From positions 11,288,480 through 11,352,479 of the forward strand of contig OZ037771.1 of the NCBI GenBank assembly GCA_964035545.1: DNA of 64,000 nt, written 5' to 3'. The translations under genes were made by a program, and so were the position numbers. This document shows, piece after piece, positions 1-15,400 of the stretch. The DNA comes from Bugula neritina (Eukaryota > Animalia > Bryozoa). The notes beneath the pieces are model-generated. The model saw nothing but the letters and a program-made list of their open reading frames with translations. It searched no databases and was not told where the DNA came from. Position 1 is the stretch's first letter. The number at the start of each line of letters is the position of its first letter.

Positions 1-189
1 ATGTATAGTATGTACACTATGTATAGTATAGTACGTGTATACAGTACACATATATACGCAGTATAATATATTCAGTGTAGTATATATATAGTGTAGTATA
101 GTATATTTATGTATATAGTAGAGTATATTATAGTGTAGTATCCATATAGCATACACATAGTACGTTTAGTGTAAACATATAAGAATTAC

Positions 190-410
190 CTCCCCTTGTC
201 TGCCAGAACTCTGCCAGCACCCATCCAGAGACTTATCATACAGCCTAGCTGCCTGCCGCTCCCTAGACGACACACTCAGGTTCTTAACACACTTGTTCCA
301 GTCGCTGACGACAGTGCCAGGGGGTCCGGCAGCGTTACGTCGAGGAGGGGGTGGCATAGTGCTGACGACATTAGTGCATCCTGACAAGCCGGCGTAAACT
401 GGGGCCACAC
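190..410 (-). CDS. HERC2: HERC2 exon, start of DOC/APC10 domain
   Basis: [22 protein letters not shown]...WQSSGRQGE; ctacag acceptor, gtaatt donor. Confidence 0.9.
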
Positions 411-3400
411 CTGTAGAACATTGCGTCATGTTTAGTATGTTCAAAGCCTTTAACTGTTCAAATAATTAGAAATTAATATATAAGAGACGCTGTTATATTA
501 AAAAAGTGCTACATTTTAACCAACCAAGTGTGTATAAACCCTGCATTCTTCACCTTTACATCGTACATTCATAGACTTCCTTGTGTATCAAGGATTGCGT
601 TCACCTGGTGCTATATTCTTATGCTAAGGAGATTTAGCAGAGCTCAAAAACAAGAAATTAGTAGCCACGTTCACCAGTTATATGTGCAGACAACTCACCG
701 CAAACAGTGAACTTGAAGAAGGGGTGAGAGCGATGCCGTCTAGACGTGAAGCAGCGCTCACAGTAGTTGTAATCTACGCACACTTGACACTTGTATCTGT
801 GACCAACAATGGGGTGGGTGCCGCACCCTTCGCACCTAACATCACAAAAATAGTGGTTTATTGTCTTCATCATTCCAGTTTTGACATTTGAGAAGAAACA
901 GATTCGTTTCACCTAACATTACTATAATAATATATTCAAACAATACCTATGCACTCCAGGGATCACTCGCAAACTTAACAACTAATTCAGTATCAAACAC
1001 AAATCAATTTGGCGATACACACAATCTCTTAGGTGGGAGGTTACATTAGTTCAGCTTCCCTCTGCTACGAGAATCTCGCGAGTCATCAGATGAAGTATTT
1101 ATAATCACATATAAAATATCACACATGAAAAAACAACTGGAAAATAACGATCAAGTAAACAGGTAAAAAAAACATTTTTTCCAGCACCAAGTTAAAATAT
1201 TTACACCTCGCATCTATAACTAGTTCTATTTTTATCAATAGCTATACTAATGTTCAGTGTATAAGTCAAATATCTAAACATAGCTCAACTATCTAAATAT
1301 GACTCAAACATTTAAATATAGCTCAACAATCTAGACATAATTCATATATTGAAATTACGTAATGAATCTGAAAATATCACTCAATTTTATGATTTATAGA
1401 CAATCAACTACTAGCGAAGAGAAAAGCTTCATAGTGATGACTACTCACTGTATGTTGGTGTGTGTGGTGGGCACAACTTCTAGTTCAGAGAGAAGTCCGG
1501 TCCAGTGAGCGTGAGAAGGGAAGTCTATAATAGCATCTCTGCCATTGGGTGCAATGCTGCTCACTGTGCCAATAGAATGGTGTGTAACAGAACCCCACTT
1601 GTATCTTGGCAGCGATACACTAAGCCTCACTCTCACTCTGTCCCCCACCCGTATTATTCGCCGTGGACCAAAGTCTACTGAAAGAGCAATAATGGAATAA
1701 CTACAGCAAGTTATGAGTAAAACTTTTCAACAGCTGATCAAAGCCTTAGCCAATCATTGGACGCTTTATTCACACACAAGGCTGTAAATCATATAACAAA
1801 CAAATATAATAAATTAAAGCTGAACGGAGAATAGGATGTAAAGAACAGAATGTACATGAAATAAAATTTATATATAATATAAGTAAAACCAGTAAATAAA
1901 CTAAATTAGAGAAAGAATAAAGTAAGGAAATACAGCACAGAATACAAAGACTATGTTTCGAATAAGTACATTTACTGAGTTGAGCATATAGATGTTAAGC
2001 AATAGTTTAAACATAATTGCTTCCTAATATAATCATCTTTGCAATAAAATAAAATTGCATGTAAAATAAATTGCATATAGAAAACATTTTGTATGTATAG
2101 AAAAGATAGACTACAAGCATAACGCACAAGATGTATAATAAACTAGGTGCATGTTTTGCTGTAGTAGCAATAAGAGAAACTGTTTGCAGGATAAACTTCA
2201 TCTAGAAGAGAGTGGAAGGCCCTAGCAATGTTGAGGAAAGTTAGAAAAGGAGTGGATGTAACATAGCACAAGGGGGTAAGAGTACATACCATCACTGGCA
2301 TGAGCTAGGTCATTTCTCAGCTCTACGTGGACAAACCTCAGCCAGTAGGTGCTGCCCATTCGCTGCCACATGGCCAGCACGTTGAGGTCATGCAGACCGT
2401 CACTGTCTATCTTAACAATGCGACCTATATCTCCCTTGTCGATCTCCTCGTACGCTTCACAACACATGACAGTCATACCAACCTGACCATATATAAGAGA
2501 AAGATGTTATATACAGATCTTTCTATATGAGACGTGACACAAAGGATAGCATCGTATGACTCATATCTAAATGATTAGCAGCAACTTAGATTAACGGAAA
2601 CATAATACAATATTTATAACAATAAATGTTTAACTCAAACTAATGGATTATTTCCAGAATAAAAAAGTATTATATACTATATTTATACTTTAAAAAAATC
2701 TAAACATTTGGGTCTGAGACATTACCATGGTTATAATCTGGTGACTTTGGTTTTGATAAAAATATTAGTCCAAGTGAATATTTTACGCGTATTCAACAGC
2801 CAGCTTTTACCAACTGGTTGAATCTAAATTGTCTGACTGCAGCACAAGTTTCTTGACTTATTCCAACAGTTACTATGAGGCTGGGTTGGAGCTTATGTAA
2901 AATATACAACACACATCCCTAAACTAGTGACAACTTGAAAAAGTACACTAATTTTGTTCAACTCTAGATTTTTTTTCAAATATTGTTAAACAAATGCTAA
3001 TTCAATCATAGTTGAGTTACTTAATCACTACACTAAACTAGCACTAAACTCGCACCTTGATATGCCTCTTCACATAGCGGGCGTACTCGTCCATGTTGGT
3101 GAACGCAGAGCGCAGCCTGTAGCCTGAGGACATGGGCACAGGTTCAGCCGTCTCGTCGCCAAAATACTGGAGTTGCTGGGCTAAGGAGAGACTTGCGTCA
3201 TCAACTGACTCACAGCTATCAGAACTACAAACAGTTGACGGCTGAGTTCATACTTCATCTCATGAGTAGAGAGATGAAGTGAAAGAAAATATAATCAACA
3301 CATCAGGACAGTAATACAAATAAGAGGAAGACAGCGTGTTGAATCAGCAGCTAATGAAACTTTTTCTTATAAGAAAGTTCAATATTAACACAAAAGGAGT

Positions 3401-6400
3401 GTAAATACAAACAAACAGGTGAAAGGGGGTTTAAAGTTGCGTTTATACCTCTACTAAAAAAAGTTCCGAGTTTCAGTCAATAACACTTGTTTGAGTACCC
3501 CTTTATAGTCAAACTGAAACTCGTTGAAATCATATTGAGGTGGAAGATTACTTTCTAAAATTGAATCTGACTCGCCTAATCGCTATTTGATGCCCTTTGT
3601 AAACGTCGTGAATTAGTGAAGTTGACAGCATAAAAGCGATAATTGAGAAAGCATAGGCGATATAACTATTGACATATAAGTACATCGTCTAATCGCCAAA
3701 GTCATAACTAAATAACAATGTTTACGAGGAGTTATTACTCCTTTTGAGTATTATTCTGAAATCGGCCGATTAAGTTATCACAGTACAAAAATTTCTACGA
3801 GTGGCTTTTACAATGCAATGCAACCCGGAGAAATTTCAACCTGGCCAAATTGAATTTCTCACTGAAAATCGGGAAGGTATAAAGGCAACTTAAGAAGGGG
3901 TATTGATCCCTCACCCTCGTATGGTGCTGTAGTTTATACCAGCGGCAGCGCCATCATCAGAGTCAGGGTAACTGTAGGAGTCCGAGTCGCTGCTAGATTC
4001 ACTCACGCCCTCAGCTTCGTGCTCCAATAAGTAACTGACCAGAGATTCAATGGTCGGTTCTCGACCGTCTCTGCACTGGGTTCCTATACAGTAACAACAT
4101 AATATCTGCAACTCAAAGATGTCCCAATTAACAGGGTTTGGTGAGTACTTGTCAGTTGTTACACAACTTCCCTTTATTCTTAACACTTTAATATTTCTGT
4201 TACATGCTCAGCAAACTGTGAAAAATACCAAACATATCGGATTCAATATTAAAAGAAAAAAATAGCTAACATCAGTTGTAATTATATAATTGCATACACA
4301 GTAGTTACAACATGTAAAGGTTCTGTGAAAACTCTAGTAATGTCTGTTAAACCCGTACTCAGTAAACCCGTACTCAGTAAACCCGTACTCAGTAAACCCG
4401 TACTCAGTAAACACGTACTCAGCTTTTTAAGAGCAGTCTCAGCTTTACTTCTTGCAAATCCCATCTCCATAAGTTGAGATGTTATATGACACGGAGGCAT
4501 TTCAACCCTCGGCTTCTTCGGTATCTAGAACAGGATATGACATAGGAATAATGCTTGTGTTATTGTTATATAGTGACACTAGTGACACAGTACAGGCAAA
4601 TAGGAAGAAGACTAAGAAGAGAATTTTGAGCAATATTTCAATAAAAAGGGTAGAGATGGTGAACACCTGCAGCCAATCACATGCAGAAAAGCTAATATTA
4701 TGCTAACCACGACTCCTAAAAAAAAAGTTGCGTTTATACCTTCACGATTTTCAGTCAGAAATTCAATTTAGCCGAGTTGAAATTTTTCCGAGTTGCATTG
4801 CATTGTAGGTAAAAGCCACTCGTAAAAATTTTTGTACTGTGATAACTCAATCGGCGGAGTTCAGAATAATAAATAAAAGGAGTAATAACTCCTTGTAAAT
4901 ATCAATATTTAGTTATGACTTTGTCGATTAGATGACGTACTTATATGTTAATAATCATATCACCTACGCCTTCTTAATTATCGCTTTTATGCTATCAACT
5001 TTACTAATTCGCGATGTTTTCAAAGGGCATCAAATAGTTATTATGCGAGTCAGATTTCACTTTTAGAAAATAACCTTCTGCATCAATATGATTTCACCGA
5101 GTTTCAGTTTGTCTATAAAGGGGTACTCGGACGAGTGTTATTAACTGAAACTCGGAACTTTTTTCAGTAGAGGTATAAACGCAACTTCACACCAACACTT
5201 TTCATAGAGTGGAGTTTCACCACATGCATCAGACCCTAACTTAGAAACAAATAAAAGGCCTAAATGGCTCTTACTTTTTGAAACCTGGCAGTAATTCCAG
5301 AGGAATTAACATAATCTTCTGCTTCAGCACTGTCAACATTGATGGCTTGTAAACTGTGTTCTGATTGGCCAATTGAAGAAGAACCTGCACTCTGTGAGAG
5401 CACTGATTGGTCGGCTGGTTTGTTTGCTTGTAGATGTTGCAGAATAGTCATAGCAGCATCCTAAAGCATTGTATCAAGTCTGACTATGACCAATATATGT
5501 AATGCATTTTTTAAACAAAGTAAAAGCAGCAAATCTACTACCAAGTTATTTGCATAACAGATTCAATTTACAATCTGAATTAAAGTAATTTTAAATATGA
5601 TTTGCTATAACCAGTGAAATAAAGATGTAGGTTAAACATAAACTCTCCACTAAAATAAGCTGACGAGTGAATAATTCATTTGTCTTGAGATCCAAGGTAG
5701 AGCAAGTGTTACCAGGGAACAGTGCACTCACCTCCAGATACAAGGTAGAACAAGTGTTACCAGGGAACAGTGCACTTACCTCCAGGTCAAACTGAAAGCA
5801 GCATTTCACAGGAAGTGGCTGAGTAGCGGTGATGAGCAGCTGCTGCAGAAGGGTTTGATTAGTGGCAACAGGTTCTTGTGACATCTCAGTGTCAGCAAAA
5901 CAAGCACCTGTATCACCTGACGCCAACTTCTGCTTTCCTTCAGAATCTCTATCCGACGCATCATCCTGTGAAAGATGTCAATATCTCCCTAATAGGAATG
6001 GCCGTTGCTTTGCAGCGCAAGAATACGTTTGCTTAAAATTCCACAGAATTTACAATATGTCTACAAGTCGCAGCACAAATGAATTTAGACAAAATGTAGC
6101 ACATTAAACCTCTCCCACTGATTGTAGAGTGAAAATAATGCGTGTAATAAATAAGTAATGTAATACATACTGGCTTGATCTCTATAGACTGGCTATCATC
6201 TACTCGAACAGAAAGTGCTGTAGAGGCTGTGGTATCATCTCCCTGTATTTCATCCTTCTGTGACGGAGAGCTCAGTGTGGGTGTCAGCGGAACACTTGGT
6301 ACGCACACCGAGTGACTTAGCCTGAGTAAAAGGGCCCGCAGTCTTTGTCTGTCTGAGAACACATGCTGAACCGCCCGCATTATGTGCAGCTTTATACTGT

Positions 6401-9400
6401 TCATAAGTAGCCTGTCTGAGCCTTTCATCTCTAGAAGAAATTACAACTAACTAGATTGCTCATGATAAGCAGGAAGTCTCATGTATACAGAAACAATCTT
6501 GGCTTTGAGAAGGTACCGCTGAAGCACCCCTCAAAGTAACCGCTACTCACCACATTACAGTTGGTTTCAAGGCTACTTTGTCATTATAATTTATCAAAAA
6601 AAAATCTACCAGAGAACTAATAATAAGTGATACTTTCTGATTCAACTTTTAGATTATCAGAAGTTTTCTGTAATATTTGGATGTATTTGTTTAGTCAACA
6701 AGAAACTATACTAGTTTTTCCTTGTTATAAGAAATAATATTTACAATTTACTTTGATTCAGATAGTAAATTGAATTCGTTAGCTGTTTGCTACATTCACT
6801 TGAGTTTAATAAATACATGACTCATGCAATGCATGTGTTAGTCATACTGAAAGTTTTCTAATAGAAAATACAAGTTTTAAGAAAGCACCAGCTAGTGGCT
6901 AGATAATATGCAGTCAGACTGACCTCTGTTACAGTCAGCTGTAGTGGAGGTTATAACGTTGCCAATTAGGCCCGCCCACACATCCAACAGCTGCTCATAA
7001 AGCTGCGGGAATTTAGACACACAAACCACACTTCCTGGTAGGACTTGCAGATCTTCAACCCTCAGAGCCTTTCGCCCGCCGTCAAACTGTACTACGATTC
7101 TACTCCGCACTGCGATACTGTATGTAGTGAACACTATAACTTAGTATTATATAACACCGTATATAATATAACACTGTATATAATATCACACTGTATGTAA
7201 TATAACACTGTACATATTATAACACTGTATATAATATCACACTGTATGTAATATAACACTGTATGTAATATAACACTGTATATAATATAACACTGTATAT
7301 AATATATCACTGTATATAATATAACACTGTATATAATATAACACTGTATATAATATAACACTGTATATAATATAACACTGTATATAATATAACACTATAT
7401 ATAATATAACACTGTATATGTAATATAACACTGTATGTAATATAACACTGTATATAATATAACACTATATGTAATATAACACTATATATAATATAACACT
7501 GTATATAATATAACACTGTATATAATATAACACTGTATGTAATATAACACTGTATATAATATAACACTGTATATAATATAACACTGTATATAATATAACA
7601 CTGTATATAATATAACACTATATATAATATAACACTGTATGTAATATAACACTGTATATAATATAACACTGTATATAATATAACACTGTATATAATATAA
7701 CACTGTATATAATATAACACTGTATATAATATAACACTGTATATAATATAACACTGTATATAATATAACACTGTATATAATATAACACTGTATATAATAT
7801 AACACTGTATATAATATAACACTGTATATAATATAACACTGTATATAATATAATACTGTATATATAATAGTCCCACCTGCAGACAGTACCAACTCCTTCA
7901 TCCGAGTATTTCACAGACCCACCGAGTCGGATCTTCTGCAGAGCAGGGCTGAGGAGAATGAGACTCGTCACGCAGTCAGGGTACCACTTCCTCACGCTGA
8001 CCTGACCCTGATCTGAAGTCAACGTCGAGTCTACCAACGTCTAAAGACATGAATGCACCAACTCCTAATCAAAAGTGCTGAGTGAATAAAATACGTAAGG
8101 CAATTCAAATTAATTTTGTAGCAGAAAGACAATTATGAGGAAAATATTCAATTCAATAAAACGATACCTTTAAGTGAAATACTGATTCTACCGCTCTGTA
8201 TTACCAAAATATAAAGCCAAGTCAAACCTTTATAACCGACATGCAGGAGGTTTGCTTCATATCTCTTCATAGTTTAGAATATTAATAACTTAATGCCGGA
8301 AGCCAAGCACGGAATAGCTGCATCAAGTAAAGAATATAAATAGCAACTGGCAAGTAACCTTTGACCCCCTCCAACGAACTTAATACAGTATTACAACAGT
8401 TGGTCTTCAAACCACTTTATATAAAATATATAAATGATGACCTCATCCATGTCTGAGCTGAGTCTACGATTCAGTAGAGTGAGGTTTGTCAGAATGTGGG
8501 CGTTGATGTACGGGGCCCAGAGTGGCAGCCCATGCAGTGCGCACAGCAGTTCCTTGACTTGCTCCAGGAGTGTGCTGTAACATGAGATCACAGTGTGGTA
8601 TACACGCAGAGTCAAACTTAATCCTTCACTACATTGACTACCTTGACACAGCCTCTGAACCTTGTAAGCATAAGCAATGTTGGGGGAGTCAAGCAGCCGA
8701 CCCAAACAGTTTTAGCTTCAAAAATCAACGCTGATTACAAAAGTGCAAACAATTTTACTCGTTTATTGTTTATTGTAAAGATAGAAGCGAAACTTCCCAG
8801 CACTCAATGAAACAGAAAGAACACCTGAATAAGCACATTGCCAGGTGTGGGAAGACATACACAACCTTACCTGGTGTAGGATGCCGTCACGGGTACAGAT
8901 GAAACTTTGCGAGCATACAGCCCTTCTTTAGAAACCAGACTGGGGTCAAGGTCACATGACATAGCAAGTCGACCAATCAGAGAGTAAAGCCTATCCACAA
9001 CTATCTTAGGAGAGATGTTATTGGATAGAGAGCTGGGAGGAGCTTGATATGGCTGCCAATTCATCAAAACCGTCTGCAGAAGCCTTAGTTTGAGAATCTA
9101 TTAAACAAAGTAGTGGATTTAGCAAGAATTGAAGCTTTGAACTTCATAAATGATAGAAATTTGAATATTTATTCGCCAAAGTATTGAATATTAAGAAATT
9201 ATATAATGCAGGACAAAGTGCACAGATGCAAAATGCTGTTGCCAAGACCAGACAAAGTAGTAGTTATTGTGTAGTTTAAGATACACAGCATGCATGTATA
9301 CTTACAAGATATACTGGACTCTGATTGGTCAGACTGGCAGTGTCAAGGTCACATAGAAGCATGCTGACCCACCCACACTCTGCCAAAGACTGACTAAAAG

Positions 9401-12400
9401 CTCTCTGAGAGGCTAAACTGTAGAGCAGTCTCAGCCAGGAGCCGGTCTAGAAAAAGACAAAGAGTATATTTTAGTAATTTCTGGTCTCATTAGTCACTTT
9501 ATCTAGTACATACTAGAGGGTATATGGAGACGGCACACTACGAGTGCAATTATAAAATGTTTCACGAGAATGCACCTTTACCTTTTAATAAATACTACTT
9601 CATTATTCTGTAGTAGATAATTTACTGAAAGTTACAAAATATAGTATTTCGTAACATTTCAATTATGAAGTACATCTCACATAACTCTCTCAGGTTGCAA
9701 TGTAGGTAAAAGCTAGACTTTGAACCCGAACACTCTAAACTAGGATACATCAATACTGAAAACACTTGCAGAACTTGAAGTCTAAACAATCAAAACAGCT
9801 TTTGAAACTGCTGCCTTGGGTTTTATGTTTGAAGTTTCAAATATCCTACCTTATCATTCCAGTAACAGCTGGTCGTGAATTCACCGCTCTCTAGTACCCC
9901 ACTCTCATTGCTTACAGTTAGTCTACCATTGGATGCATGGTCGATATCATTGGTGGAAGTGTGACTTACATCGTGGGCAGAGGTGTGGCTGAGAGTAGTG
10001 TTACCATCTACCTGGTTAGTGGTACTGTTAGAAGAGTGGCTGTTAGAGTACTGTACCATTTCACTGAGATGCCTGCTTATAGCGGCAAGAGGTGTGGTCA
10101 TTTGGTCACAGTGCATAGATGAAGATATGCAGAGCAACTGCAGGAACCGAGTGATACAGCTCCTGATGCTGCTGGTCGGCTCCAACTTGCAGTCCGTGTT
10201 TGGTCCGTGAACGCCTGCAGTAAAAAAAGGTAAAAATAAAACAACTGCAGAGGTGATCATGTGGAACATTTATCTACTGATTACCACATTGAAAATTAGT
10301 AAATGTGTAAGGTGGCGACATTATACAGCAACTCGCTTCATTTTTGCCACCTACAGGATATGACATAGTATAAGTATTAGTACAATAGGTCAGAGAGTAG
10401 GTAGTATTGAAACAAAATTTCATTTTGAGTATTGATTAAAAAGACACATGCTCAAAACTAAGTCTAGGGAGAGTGGTCTTGGCTTATAATATGCAAGCAG
10501 TGATTTATTCTCTATAACAGTGCAGCTGTGGATGTTTTGTTTATCTCAAATTATCATCAACTATATTTGAAGAGAGAACAGATGATGAAATAAAATATTA
10601 CAGTGTCTGAATGCCCACTTTAAAAAACACAGGAGGCCTGGTGGTAAAGGCATATACGTAGGTTTATTAAAGAAAAAAGTAGGAAATATGTTAACTCCTT
10701 TAGAGGCTTTGCTGTGATAACTCTTTTGCAAAATGCATGAAGCATGTTGCTGCTGTACTCTAACATAGATTTGCTGAATGACAACTGTAAGAGAGGAGGA
10801 GTACAGGGTGATATGACAACATAGAAGAGCAGAACTTATCATAGTCAGCAAACCTAACGATCACACAGGCAGCAGAAAAACAATTATAAAAAACAAGAAA
10901 AATAAATGCAACAACTCCGGCTTGCAAGAACATCAGCTGCTTTTGATGAATAGAAGGTGAACAATGGTGAAATCCTTCTGCTTAACTTGTGTTACCTAGG
11001 TATGGATAAGTGTAGCAAATATTGAAGGATATGGTCAGCACAAACCAACAACACTGAAAATGTTGCATAGCAAATCCTTATACGTGGTTTCCAATATCTG
11101 CATTACTGCACCTACCTCTAATTTAGTATGAGTTAAAAATACTTAGGCTATCTCAATTACTTTACTGTTGCTCAGCAACATTGCTTTATTTTGCTTTCAA
11201 TCTTGGAATTAGGACACGTTATAAATTTTTAATTGATATTTCAATTCTGCAATTCATTCAATATACTTTTGAAGTTTCATTTAATTTGCTGGATGTATAT
11301 CTTTGAAACTTCTTAATTATGAAATGCATCTGTGATGTTTGTATCTATTTACTAAAGCTATGTTTATATTATCCCATGACTTATACCTGCTAGTAGCCTC
11401 ATATTATGGGATGTTATGGCGATACAATTATGCTGCCAAGGTAATTATGTTGTGGTTTTCAAAGTGCTATGTAACTGTTGTGACATACTGTTTGTTTATT
11501 AGGCGAGTCAGTTAGTTAGCTTTGAGATTTGACAGAATAAAGTGTAGTGACAGTAAGAAAGTTGGTAGTAATTTATTGCAGTAATTATTTATACAACACA
11601 GCAACAAGCTATTTCGACATATTACAATATTACAATGGCATCAGTCAAGCTCTCGGACATAATAAGTAAATATGAGGATAGCAACAGTGGAGAATTCAGG
11701 GAATGGCTTGATAAATTACAGCTGGTGGCAAAGCTGCAGAAAATAACTGATCTAGAATCATTTTTCCCTTTGTTTCTGGCTGGCCCAGCCTTTGCAGTGT
11801 ATAAGCAGCTACTTGAAAGTGACAAGGAGGATTGTCGGAAACTCAAAGCTGCATTACTAACAACTTTTGGAATAAACTGCTATACTGCATACAATGAGCC
11901 ACAGAAGTGTGTTCTGTGTGATGGAGAGCCAGTTGATGTCTACTTAGCGGAAATAAAAAGGTTAGTGGCACATATTGGACAGAAGGATGCAGAGCCAATT
12001 TCAAAATGCTCTTTCATGGCAGGGTTGCTAGGTGATGTGTCCTTGCAGTTGAAGTCTATGGCTCCTGTAGAGAAACTGAGTTTGCCCGAACTGGTAGCTA
12101 GAGTACAAGAGAAAGTGAGATGGCGTGTGCAGCTGGCTACCAAAAGGCAAAGGGAACTTGCTTCAGTTGTGGCTCAACCTCACATATGGCTCGTGAATGT
12201 CCAAGTCAACCCGCAGAAAAGAGTATGAAACATAATTAGATCAGTGGGTAGCAGATGGGTGGTTGGAGCATTGAACATTGTTTATCAAGTGAGTCAGTTA
12301 GCTTTGAGATTTGATAGAATAAAGTGTGGTGACAGTAAGAAAGTTGGTAGTAATTTTATTGCAATAATTATTTATACAACACAACAACAGCATCCGACTA

Positions 12401-15400
12401 ATACATAGTGAAAATTTTAATAAAATTTATTAGGTCTAAGGAAAAAGTTCATAGTAGTAGTGTTTTCCTTTACCACATATATAAATAGTTCTACAGTGTA
12501 ATCATACACTACATAACCTGTTTCTAAAAGCCACTTCAACATATTTATAACTATATGAGTATCATATGGCATGGACGCAGGTCTCAAGGTGAGCCTGAAG
12601 AAAACTGAGCATCTTCCACCAAAGGAAAGCACCACCAGGATCAAAATGAAAAGATATGACCAGGAAGATTACATTGAGCTACCAACAACAAACAAGTTCA
12701 AGTATTTGGGGACTGTGATACATCAGGATGGAGACTGTGAGGCAGAGGTCACAAGAAGGATAAGTGCAGCCTGGGATAGATGGAGGGACCTATCAGGAAT
12801 TCTGTGGGATAAAAAAGTGCCTAAGCAACTGAAGGTATTACTCTACAAAACCAACACTGATATATGGCAATGACACATGGCCTATCACCCAGAGGCAAGA
12901 ACAAAGGATAGAGGCAACCGAAATGCGAATGCTCAGACACATACATGGAATAAACTGGGAGGATGATGTTAGGAATAAAGAGACAAGGAGCGAAGCTAAG
13001 GTTAAACCTGTGTCTAGACATATGAGGAAGAGAAGACTTCAGTGGTATGGTCATGTGCAGAGGAGAGATAGTGAAGAGGATATTAGATATGCGACTGAGT
13101 TGAAGATAGTGGGGAAGAGAAAGAGAGGACGGCCCAAACGAAGATGGATGGACACAATAGGCATCTATGACATGAAGCATTGGGGCCTTAAACCAGAGGA
13201 TGCAGAAGACCGGGAAAGATGGCAGACGCTAATAGAGATTGGAAGCCTGCAGACCGGATAGATGTGAAAGGTGTGAAAATATGAGTACTATTTTGTAGAT
13301 ACTACAAACATTGACATGCCTCAGTTTACCCTGATAGCTGGAATAATGCCAGTGTTTGCTTATGCATACTTTGCTGTCTCAGAGGAAACTCCTTTGAGAT
13401 GAAAGAAGATTACTAGTTACATTAAAGACCGTTTGGCCAAGATTCAAAGCTATGGATAGCTTACAAAAATTACTGTGAGTGTTCTGTTGATTTAGCGTAT
13501 TATATAGAAAGACAATCTTCGCTTGGTTCGTTTTTAATAAAAACTAGCTTACGACAATATAATTAATTCACTAGAATTTTAATAATAAATAGTGGTATTC
13601 TGAATTTAAAGTTTTTCTATAGACTTTTTGAGAGATATAAGGAAAGAAAGGAAATGCTGTAAATTAAATGAATAATATACAAAGTTCTTAGTAGAATATG
13701 ATCACACAGCGTGCTCACATCAGTAAACGCAATAACTTTGGTTAAATGCTTAGTTTAAAGTAACGAGATATTGGCAGAAACTCTACATAATTGCATGGCT
13801 TCCTGTAGAAAGCTAGTCAAATATGGAAATTTTAAAAACACCTTTTTACTGTATATGAACTGGATAAAAGGCAACGTTTATTATAAGGTAAAATGTTTTA
13901 TATTAAAACCAGATTGGAGCTGGAAAGCATAAAGAGAGTAACTATGAGTGCAGCAGTTTTCACAAAGAAATGTTCAGGATCATTGGGGAAGACAATTTGA
14001 TGGTGTACAACCTTCCTTTAAAGTCTCATATGGTGTTTTTAAAAAGAAAAAGCCTATGTTGTGACCAGGTCGGTTAATATTTATGCACTCTTCAAATATA
14101 AACCCTAATTGTTATTAGTTCATTACTTTTTATTCAGCATAGATTTGGCAGAGACAGGTTTTCATTCAAGGAAAATAGAAATTTGGTGCCAGTATTGCAT
14201 GCAGATAATTTAGGTTTGTTTCAAATATCACAACAATGACCTAGATAGCCCAACCATATTCTTCATCCATTTAAAAATATTTTATTAGTATATATGTATA
14301 TCTGGTATTATATATTATGAATAGCTAGAGTAGTAAAAATCTTTGTACCATTGTATGTTATCAACATTTCATAACTTTAATGTAGGTTATGAAAAGGCAA
14401 ACATCAGCCAGCAGAAGTTGTAGTGCATACACGAGACGATGGTATGTCAACAGCACAAGTGTATCACACTACATACAGCGAATGTAAAACTGCATATTTT
14501 CCATCGTATGAAAAAACAAACACCAGAAAAACATTCTACACAACATCAAAGGGCGATAAAATTATGATGACAAGCCGGTCAAAGAAATGCTAGTTGATAT
14601 TCAACTTGGTCGCAGCTTTGGGGAGCCCTGTGAGCGATACAGTAAGCTGTATGGAACAGATGAGTACAGAGGAGAAGTTTTTAAAAACCAGACTGAAAGA
14701 TGTCTATTTTAGAGCCCAGCTATTAAAATACTTCAATTACAATGTCAGCTTCTCAAAAGACAATATAGCTAACCGGCTTGCCATAGATGACGTGTATGAT
14801 GAAGCAGCTGAAATAATTTTCTCGCAGAAGAGTAAATGGGCTGCTCACAATTGCAAAATAAAATGTTGTTCGGAGGGATTTATTTTGTGCGATGGCAACG
14901 AAAAAATAAACAGAAGAATTTGTGCTGCTTCTAAACAACATTTTAAGCTAGGGAAAGGGATGCCTAACACTATCGGTTGCTGCCCAAACACACCAACTTT
15001 AGGAGGAAACAACAAATCTCCATCGGTATATTGCAAAGAACATCAAATTTTAGATGCAGACATTGTTGACAAACACATAGTAGTGACAATTAATGTGCCA
15101 GATCAAGCAGTATCATCTAGGATTGTTGCTGTGAGTAAAAATGTGGTGAAGATGAAAGAAGAAGATGAAAATATTGGCTGCAAAAAATTAAAAAATATAA
15201 CTAGATTTCATCAGAAAACAGCTAGGATTATGGCCATTGTCAAACCCTGTGGGATAATCATAGATCACCGGAAGATGTACACTTGTGAGTCGGCCAGCCA
15301 ACTCTTTGTACAGTTGTTGAAGTTGATAGATGATCATGGACATTTGATAAAATATGTGGGCTATGACAGGGCTTGTGAATTTCAGCCATTCGTGGAGTGT

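Noticed and set aside
7134-7901. Overlapping Tyr/Ile-rich ORFs; likewise ORFs at 28771-29043, 33233-33927, 42589-43596, 46424-46835, 50182-50399, 51641-51963 and 63568-63906
   Set aside because: Translations of intronic mini/microsatellites that happen to lack stops in some frames
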